Assembly (NCBI GenBank): GCA_963716525.1
Contig: OY970315.1
Coordinates: forward strand, 3,996,682 to 4,060,681
Direction: 5' to 3'
DNA from: an uncultured Actinomycetes bacterium
Lineage (GTDB): Bacteria; Actinomycetota; Acidimicrobiia; IMCC26256; PALSA-610
DNA length: 64,000 bases
Under the pieces are notes generated by a model, which worked only from the letters and a program-made list of their open reading frames with translations, was not told the DNA's origin and did no database searches. Shown in pieces: positions 57,933 to 64,000 of the stretch. A program made the translations under genes and the position numbers. Positions within the stretch are counted from its first letter, which is position 1, and each line of letters opens with the position of its first letter.

Positions 57933-58862
57933 GCTGACCGGGTGCAGAGGACCGCCGTGCACACCCAGCTGTCGCATCTCCAGGCGCTCGAGGCCGAGTC
58001 CGTCCACATCATGCGCGAGGTGGCGGCCGAGTTCGAGCGGCCCGTGCTGCTCTTCTCCGGCGGCAAGGACTCCGCGGTGATGCTGCACCTCGCGTGGAAG
58101 GCGTTCAAGCCGGCACGCATCCCGTTCCCGGTGATGCACGTCGACACCGGCCACAACTTCGACGAGGTGATCAGCTACCGCGACGAGGTCATCGGCACGT
58201 ACGGCGTGCGGCTCGTCGTGGCGAGCGTGCAGGAGTCGATCGACAAGGGTCGCGTCGTCGAGGAGACCGGACCGCGGGCGAGCCGCAACCGGCTGCAGAC
58301 CACCACGCTGCTCGACGCCATCACCGAGCACCAGTTCGACTCGGTGTTCGGCGGTGGCCGGCGCGACGAGGAGAAGGCCCGCGCCAAGGAGCGGGTGTTC
58401 AGCTTCCGCGACGAGTTCGGCCAGTGGGACCCGAAGACGCAGCGGCCCGAGCTGTGGTCGCTCTACAACGGCCGGCACCGCAAGGGTGAGCACATCCGCG
58501 TGTTCCCCATCTCCAACTGGACCGAGATGGACATCTGGCAGTACATCGCGTCGGAGCCGGTGCCGATCCCGTCGATCTACTTCGCGCACCGCCGGCGCGT
58601 GTTCCGCCGCGACGGCATGTGGCTCTCGGAGTCGCCGATCATCCCGATGCTGCCCGACGAAGAGGTCGTGGAGATGACGGTGCGCTACCGCACCGTCGGC
58701 GACCTCACGTGCACGGGTGCAGTCGAGTCACCTGCTGCCACGGCCGAGGAGATCATCGTCGAGGTCGCGGCGTCGCGGATCACCGAACGCGGCGCCACCC
58801 GCGCCGACGACAAGTTCACCGAAGCGGCAATGGAAGACCGCAAGAAGGAGGGCTACTTCTGA
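57891..58862 (+). CDS. cysD: sulfate adenylyltransferase subunit 2
   Basis: QLSHLQALEAESVHIMREVAAEFERPVLLFSGGKDSAVMLHLA...HVDTGHNF...RDEEKARAKERVFSFRD...EDRKKEGYF. In-frame GTG at 57849 is an alternative start. Confidence 0.9.
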   Translation: MTALSSLPPRPHEPADRVQRTAVHTQLSHLQALEAESVHIMREVAAEFERPVLLFSGGKDSAVMLHLAWKAFKPARIPFPVMHVDTGHNFDEVISYRDEVIGTYGVRLVVASVQESIDKGRVVEETGPRASRNRLQTTTLLDAITEHQFDSVFGGGRRDEEKARAKERVFSFRDEFGQWDPKTQRPELWSLYNGRHRKGEHIRVFPISNWTEMDIWQYIASEPVPIPSIYFAHRRRVFRRDGMWLSESPIIPMLPDEEVVEMTVRYRTVGDLTCTGAVESPAATAEEIIVEVAASRITERGATRADDKFTEAAMEDRKKEGYF

Positions 58863-58939
58863 TGCGCCAGCATCACGCCACCCCGCCTTCGAGGACTGAC
58901 CGTCAAGCTGCAGACCGCAAGAAGGAGGGGTACTTCTAG
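58835..58939 (+). repeat. 28-bp direct repeat of the cysD 3' end (agaccgcaagaaggaggg[c/g]tacttctRR), copies at 58835..58862 and 58912..58939
   Basis: Read directly from the sequence. The copies are 77 bp apart. The first ends in the cysD TGA, and the second ends in TAG 2 nt before the cysN ATG. Confidence 0.9.
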
Positions 58940-58941
58940 CC

Positions 58942-60195
58942 ATGGAGATGCTCCGCTTCGCCACCGCCGGCTCCGTCGACGACGGTAAGAGCACGCTGAT
59001 CGGGCGCCTCTTGCTCGAGACCAAGGCGATCTTCGAGGACCAGCTCGAGAGCGTCGAGCGGTCGTCGCGCGACCGCGGGTTCGACTACACGAACCTCGCG
59101 CTGCTCACCGACGGCCTGCGCGCCGAGCGGGAACAGGGCATCACGATCGATGTCGCCTACCGCTACTTCGCCACGCCGCGCCGCAAGTTCATCATCGCCG
59201 ACACCCCCGGCCACATCCAGTACACGCGCAACATGGTGACGGGCGCGTCGACGGCCGACCTCGCGCTCGTGCTCGTGGACGCGCGCAACGGCGTCGTCGA
59301 GCAGAGCCGCCGCCACGCGGTGATCGCGTCGCTGCTGCAGGTGAAGCACCTCGTGCTGTGCGTGAACAAGCTCGATCTCGTCGACTACGACGAGCGTCGC
59401 TTCGAGTCGATCTGCGCCGAGTTCACCGACTTCGCGGCCAAGCTCGACATCGACGACCTCACGTTCATCCCTGTCTCCGCGCTGCTCGGCGACAACGTCA
59501 CCAGCCACTCCGACAACACCCCGTGGTACGACGGCCCCACGTTGCTGCACCACCTCGAGCACGTGTACATCGCCTCCGACCGCAACCTCATCGACCCGCG
59601 GTTCCCGGTGCAGCTCGTGATCCGGCCGATGAGCCACGATCATCACGACTACCGCGGCTACGCGGGCGTGGTTGCCGGCGGCATCTTCCGGCCCGGCGAC
59701 GAGGTCGTGGTACTGCCGTCGGGCTTCACCACCACCATCGAGGCGATCGACCGGTTCGGCGAGCCGATCGACGAGGCGTTCCCGCCCAGCGCGGTCACGA
59801 TCCGCCTGCGCGACCAGATCGACATCAGCCGGGGCGACATGCTGTGCCGCACGAACAACCAGCCGGCCGTCACCCAGGACGTCCAAGCCCAGATCTGCTG
59901 GTTCAGCCCCGAGCGCACGCTCGAGCGCGACCGCGTGTACGCGATCAAGCACACCACGCGGTGGGCCCGGGCGAAGGTGGTCGACCTGCTCTACCGGCTC
60001 GATGTCAACACGCTCTCGCGCGACGAGTCGTGCCCGCAGCTGCGGCTGAACGACATCGGCCGCGTGAAGCTGCGCACCACCCAGCCGCTGTTCGTCGACG
60101 AGTACCGGCGCAACCAGAGCACCGGCTCGTTCATCCTCGTCGACGAGGGCACGAACGAAACGGTGGCCGCCGGCATGATCATCGGGTCTGACTGA
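58942..60195 (+). CDS. cysN: sulfate adenylyltransferase subunit 1 (GTPase CysN, no fused APS-kinase domain)
   Basis: LRFATAGSVDDGKSTLIGRLL, DTPGHIQY and NKLD GTPase motifs. 417 aa, ending right after the EF-Tu-like beta-barrel domains. Confidence 0.9.
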   Translation: MEMLRFATAGSVDDGKSTLIGRLLLETKAIFEDQLESVERSSRDRGFDYTNLALLTDGLRAEREQGITIDVAYRYFATPRRKFIIADTPGHIQYTRNMVTGASTADLALVLVDARNGVVEQSRRHAVIASLLQVKHLVLCVNKLDLVDYDERRFESICAEFTDFAAKLDIDDLTFIPVSALLGDNVTSHSDNTPWYDGPTLLHHLEHVYIASDRNLIDPRFPVQLVIRPMSHDHHDYRGYAGVVAGGIFRPGDEVVVLPSGFTTTIEAIDRFGEPIDEAFPPSAVTIRLRDQIDISRGDMLCRTNNQPAVTQDVQAQICWFSPERTLERDRVYAIKHTTRWARAKVVDLLYRLDVNTLSRDESCPQLRLNDIGRVKLRTTQPLFVDEYRRNQSTGSFILVDEGTNETVAAGMIIGSD

Positions 60196-60270
60196 CCGCT
60201 CGCGCGAGGAGCCTCGTGGCGCGTCGCTCTACAACGCTGTAGGACGCCCTTCGATAACCTCCTGCACCCT

Positions 60271-60999
60271 ATGAGCCTGGCGACACGGGGCATCAAGCTC
60301 CTCAACGAGGTCGAACGGCGCCGGCGCACGCGCCGGCCGGTGGAGGACGCGTGGAAGAGCGCGCTCGCCGGCGAGGTGCGCCACTGGGAGCGCGCGGTCA
60401 AGACCTGGAAGCAGCTCACCGACCGCTTCGATCCCGACCAACCGCTCTACGCGCCGCTCGCCGAGCTCGCCACCGCGATGGCGCCGGCCGGCTCGACGAT
60501 CAAGGTGATCGACGTGGGCGCGGGGCCCATCACGTGCGTCGGCAAGAAGCTTTCCGGCTACACCGTCGAGAACCGCGCGGTCGACGTGCTCGGCGACGAG
60601 TACCGGGGCGTGCTCGAACGGGCGGAGCTGGCACCGCCGGTGTGGACCGAGCAGTGCAACTCCGAGAAGCTGTCGGAGAAGTTCGGTGAGAACGTGTTCG
60701 ACCTCGCCTACGCCCGCAACACGCTCGACCACAGTTACGACCCGCTGCTCGCCATCCGCGAGATGGTGCGGATCGTGAAGCCCGGCGGCGCGGTGATGCT
60801 GGAGCACGCACCCGACGAGGCCGAGGAGGAGAAGTACCTCGGTCTGCACCAGTGGAACCTGCGCTGCGAGCAGGGGCGGTTCGTGGTGTGGCGGCGCGAT
60901 ACCCGCATCGACGTGGGCAACGAGCTCGCCGCCATGGCGACGGTCGAGCTCGCCCGCGACGCGCCCCCCCTCCACCGGGTCATCCTCCGCAAGCACTGA
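60271..60999 (+). CDS. class I SAM-dependent methyltransferase
   Basis: Motif I VIDVGAGPITCVG and VKPGGAVMLEH. No closer assignment is possible. Confidence 0.7.
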   Translation: MSLATRGIKLLNEVERRRRTRRPVEDAWKSALAGEVRHWERAVKTWKQLTDRFDPDQPLYAPLAELATAMAPAGSTIKVIDVGAGPITCVGKKLSGYTVENRAVDVLGDEYRGVLERAELAPPVWTEQCNSEKLSEKFGENVFDLAYARNTLDHSYDPLLAIREMVRIVKPGGAVMLEHAPDEAEEEKYLGLHQWNLRCEQGRFVVWRRDTRIDVGNELAAMATVELARDAPPLHRVILRKH

Positions 61000-61000
61000 C

Positions 61001-61044
61001 CATGCGTCGTTTGGGTACCAAATAGCGGTCCCAAACGACGCATG
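61001..61044 (-). repeat. 44-bp hairpin repeat, copy 5
   Basis: Starts 2 nt after the methyltransferase stop. Same loop orientation as copies 3 and 6. Confidence 0.95.
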
Positions 61045-61075
61045 CGCGGGGGTGGCTAGGCCGCGCTATGTCCTG

Positions 61076-62026
61076 CTAGGCCGCTTCGCGGCGCAAGGTC
61101 GCGAGGAGCGCGAGCAGCTCGGGGCATCCGCGGGCGATCTCCTCGTCGCCCACGGCGGAGATGTCGATGCCGTGGAGCGTCCGTATGCGCAGGGCGCGCG
61201 CGATGTCGTACTGATGCTGGCGGACACCGCCGTGGGTCGAGAACGGGTTCACCTCGACGGCACGGTGAAACTCGGACAGGTAGAAGTCGAGGCGCACCGT
61301 CCAGGTGGGACTCAGGCTGAGCTCGTACTGCGGCACGATCTCGTAGCCGGCCGCGAGGAGTGCGCGACCGACGAGGATCTCGGGCGGACTCTCCGTCTGG
61401 CTCAGCGCGGGCTGGAACTGGTCGAGCGCGCGCCGCGCGGCCCGGGCACCGATCCGGAACTCTGGCGCGAGGCGCTCGTAGGTGCGCTCGAGCTGCTCGA
61501 GATCGGTGAGACCGCGCCGGACCGCGTCCTGCATCGCCAACACGAGCACTTCGAGCTCGATGTGGCCGAGGGCGACGGAGGTGCCCAGGTCGATGAGCGT
61601 CCGCGCGACCCGAGTGCGCGGGATGCCGTCGATCTCGACGACGTCGCGCTCCGACAGATGGAACGATTCGTGCACGCACAGCTCGAAGCCGGCGACATCG
61701 CTGCCGCGGGCGCGCCGCCATCGCGGACTGGCGACCTCCACTACGGACGCTCGCCCCGGCAGCCGCCACAGCCACGCCGACGAGCGATGCGACACACTCG
61801 ACAGCCGCCGACCGGCGCTCGCGGCGAACAAGGCACCGGGAAGCTCGATCGGCGCCCCACCAACGGCATAGACGCCCTGCCTGAGCACCCGTAAGCGGTG
61901 CTGGTCGACGAGCCTCTTGATGCTGTTCGGCGACAGCGCCAGCTCGTGCAGCAGCTGGTCCCGGGTGACGACGCCGTGCTGGCACGCAGCCATGGCAGAC
62001 AACGCTCGCTCTCGTGCAACATTCAT
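61076..62026 (-). CDS. AbiEi_4-like N-terminal domain / DUF559 (Vsr-like endonuclease fold) C-terminal domain protein
   Basis: N-terminus ...CQHGVVTRDQLLHELALSPNSIKRLVDQHRLRVLRQGVYAVGG is typical of AbiEi-family antitoxin-like wHTH proteins. The C-terminus has VRLDFYL...AVEVN..., which is PD-(D/E)xK-like. Start at MNVARERAL. Confidence 0.65.
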   Translation of the reverse strand: MNVARERALSAMAACQHGVVTRDQLLHELALSPNSIKRLVDQHRLRVLRQGVYAVGGAPIELPGALFAASAGRRLSSVSHRSSAWLWRLPGRASVVEVASPRWRRARGSDVAGFELCVHESFHLSERDVVEIDGIPRTRVARTLIDLGTSVALGHIELEVLVLAMQDAVRRGLTDLEQLERTYERLAPEFRIGARAARRALDQFQPALSQTESPPEILVGRALLAAGYEIVPQYELSLSPTWTVRLDFYLSEFHRAVEVNPFSTHGGVRQHQYDIARALRIRTLHGIDISAVGDEEIARGCPELLALLATLRREAA

Positions 62027-62064
62027 GCTCGCAAGCACACCAGAACCCTCGGACAGCCCCCGAC

Positions 62065-62108
62065 CATGCGTCGTTTGGGTACCAAATAGCGGTCCCAAAC
62101 GACGCATG
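62065..62108 (-). repeat. 44-bp hairpin repeat, copy 6
   Basis: Identical core, 39 nt upstream of the AbiEi-like gene start. Confidence 0.95.
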
Positions 62109-62151
62109 CGCGGGTTAGGCGCGGGTTAGGCGCGGGGTATGCGCGGGTTAG
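62108..62151. repeat. 4 x 11-bp tandem repeat (gcgcgggttag) abutting hairpin copy 6 and containing the sulfotransferase stop codon
   Basis: Read directly from the sequence. Each unit carries tta/cta, which is a stop codon on the minus strand. Confidence 0.9.
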
Positions 62152-63122
62152 CGGTCGAGGCGGGCGGCGAGGTTGCGGAGCCGCTTCGCGGTGTACCTAC
62201 GGGCGCCGGCGACCCGGTCGCGCCGTACCCGGCCCGAGCCGACCCAGCGGTGATCGGGCTCGTAGCCGAGCTCGATCAGCCGGTCGCCGGCCGCGGCGTC
62301 GAAGTCGTGACGCTCGGCGAACTGCCATTCGTCGCGCCAGCCGCCCACCGCACCCTTGCGGAAGAAGCCGTCCGGCTCCACCCGGCTGCGCTCGTCGCCG
62401 GCGAACTCGCCGCCCGTGATGATCGACGACGCCACCGCGCCCGCCTCGGCCATCGCCGCGAAGGCGAAGCGCTCGACGGTGGCCGCGCACTCCTCGAGCG
62501 GCACGTCGAGCCCACACGCCGCGAACGCGCCCTGGAGCACCGGTGCGCCGTCGCGGTGCAGGTCCTCGTAGCGAACCTCGACGTAGCCACCGGGCGCGTC
62601 GAGCGCCGAGCGCGCCGCTTCGAGCCGGGACCGCCACATGCGCGCCGCCTGCGTGACCTCGCCGGGCGCGAACCCCGCACCGAACGTTCGCGACGCGGCC
62701 ATGAGCGACGCCGCCACGTCGCGGCCGTCGCGAATCATGTGGATGAAGCTCGCGTCGGGCCAGAACCTGCGCACCACCTCGGTGGCGAGACTGTGCCCGG
62801 GGCTCTTCTCGACCACCACCGTCGCTCCGGGCTTGTGCCCGCGCACGGTGTCGATCATCGTCTCCACGAAGTTGCGGCCGAGGTGACGGAACTGCTCGGC
62901 GTCGAGCACTGTGGGGAGTCCCTTGCGCCGGCGGTCGTCGCTCGTGTCCTGCAGCAGCTCCACTTGATGGTCCCACGCCTCGGCGAGCGGTTGGAGATAC
63001 ACGCGGAACAGGTCGGTCTCCTGGGGCGTCGCAACCTCCGGATGCGCGCCGAGCATCGTCTGCAGCCAGGTGGTGCCCGAACGGGGCGAACCGATGATGA
63101 GCACGAGGCGCGCGTCCGGCAT
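62148..63122 (-). CDS. sulfotransferase family protein
   Basis: LIIGSPRSGTTWLQ (PAPS 5'-phosphosulfate loop), FIHMIRDGRDVAAS (3'-phosphate motif), and the C-terminal FFRKGAVGGWRDEW typical of this family. Start at MPDARL (63122). Confidence 0.8.
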   Translation of the reverse strand: MPDARLVLIIGSPRSGTTWLQTMLGAHPEVATPQETDLFRVYLQPLAEAWDHQVELLQDTSDDRRRKGLPTVLDAEQFRHLGRNFVETMIDTVRGHKPGATVVVEKSPGHSLATEVVRRFWPDASFIHMIRDGRDVAASLMAASRTFGAGFAPGEVTQAARMWRSRLEAARSALDAPGGYVEVRYEDLHRDGAPVLQGAFAACGLDVPLEECAATVERFAFAAMAEAGAVASSIITGGEFAGDERSRVEPDGFFRKGAVGGWRDEWQFAERHDFDAAAGDRLIELGYEPDHRWVGSGRVRRDRVAGARRYTAKRLRNLAARLDR

Positions 63123-63186
63123 CGCGCCGATGATAAACACGCCCGGGTGCGCACGGGCCGGACCGCGTGGGAACATCGCGCCACCG

Positions 63187-64000
63187 ATGAGTGATCGCTT
63201 CGTCAGCCCGGCGTGGATGCCGTCGTCGCTTCGTGAGGCGGCGCGCGCCGGCGACGCCACCGCCGCCGACCTCGAGTCGGGTACGGCATGGGCGCACCTC
63301 CTCGGCAAGCTCGAAGCGGTGTCGGCGACGGTGCGGTCCGACGATGTGCCGCGCAACCCGGCCGATCTCGCGGCCGGGTTCAAGCACCTGCTCGTCCTGC
63401 TCTGGACCGGCATCGACGAGGCGCTGCGACGGGATTCGGGCGCGGTGCTCGCGATCCGGCCGTCGAACACCGATGCGGTGTTCAAGTGGGGCATGGACTG
63501 CCCCGACTGCATCTACATGGGCGCGGGCCTGCGGGGCGGCGCGTCATACCGTGTGTGGGGCAATCGCGGCACGGCGCGGTACGTGGGGCTGCAGACAATG
63601 GCGGGAATGGCGAGCACCGCCAACGTGCTGCTCGACGGGCACGAGATCGAGATTGACGGCGACGGCAATTTCGAGATCGTGCTCTCCCCCGACGAACGGC
63701 CCGGGAATTGGATGAAGGTCGCCGACGACGCGACCGCCCTCGTGATCCGGCACTTCTTCTACGACTGGGACACCGAGGTGGCATCGTCGCTGTCGATCGA
63801 ACAGATCGCGGGCGCGCCGTCGCCGGGAACGGCCCGCGGCGGCGACGCCGACGACCCGCGCGCCGCGATGGCTCGCCAGCTCGTGGCGATCGGTGACTTC
63901 GTGGAGGCGAACCTTGATTTCTTCTTGCAGTTCGCGCGACCCGAACGACCGAACACGTTCAACCCGCCGTTCGACGGCACCGCGATGGGCGCCGCGGCCG
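63187..64000 (+). CDS. hypothetical protein, 5' part (runs off right edge of window)
   Basis: Own translation from ATG 63187: MSDRFVSPAWMPSSLREAARAGDATAADLESGTAWAHLLGKLEAVSATVRSDDVPRNPADLAAGFKHLLVLLWTGIDEALRR...FKWGMDCPDCIYMGAGLRGGASYRVWGNRGTARYVGLQTMAG... The frame is open to the window end with strong GC3 bias. It is not in the ORF track because it lacks a stop. Confidence 0.55.
   Translation, partial: MSDRFVSPAWMPSSLREAARAGDATAADLESGTAWAHLLGKLEAVSATVRSDDVPRNPADLAAGFKHLLVLLWTGIDEALRRDSGAVLAIRPSNTDAVFKWGMDCPDCIYMGAGLRGGASYRVWGNRGTARYVGLQTMAGMASTANVLLDGHEIEIDGDGNFEIVLSPDERPGNWMKVADDATALVIRHFFYDWDTEVASSLSIEQIAGAPSPGTARGGDADDPRAAMARQLVAIGDFVEANLDFFLQFARPERPNTFNPPFDGTAMGAAA

Overview
High-GC (roughly 70%) chromosomal core segment with gene content and order typical of Actinomycetota. 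The exact taxon cannot be determined from this window. It is almost fully coding.

Minus strand, high to low coordinate:
- proS, an ATP-dependent DNA ligase and a sulfotransferase.
- The conserved run rimP-nusA-ylxR-infB-(insertion)-DUF503-rbfA-nrnA-truB-ribF-(insertion)-rpsO-pnp-M16 peptidase.
- A phosphoesterase, dapB, two TetR regulators, a diiron protein, a GH5-like hydrolase and RNase J.
- ftsK-rimO-pgsA, cinA, thpR, recA carrying a 436-aa LAGLIDADG intein, and miaB-miaA-dapF-hflX.

Plus strand:
- bioA-bioF-bioD.
- A fibrinogen-like/beta-propeller secreted protein.
- Three tandem paralogous unknown secreted proteins.
- An ECF sigma factor plus membrane-protein module.
- The sulfate-assimilation genes sir-cysH and cysD-cysN.
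- Methyltransferase and other accessory genes.

The most interesting signals are not ordinary genes:
1. A family of six identical 44-bp perfect hairpin repeats (REP/MITE-like). One copy sits in frame inside the essential proS gene, and two copies bracket an AbiEi/DUF559-type gene.
2. A second palindrome family of about 40 bp, with two copies.
3. Two opposite-strand gene insertions into the otherwise conserved nusA-infB-...-pnp operon. These are the three paralogs and the ECF sigma module.
4. Direct duplications of both ends of cysD that create small coupled ORFs.
5. Many in-frame 9-15 bp tandem repeats at gene termini.
6. At least 11 one-nucleotide frameshifts in conserved housekeeping genes. 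These most likely reflect assembly indel errors rather than biology.

No rRNA, tRNA, CRISPR array or transposase gene was found. All homology statements are my own recognition of motifs in the translations. No database search was run.
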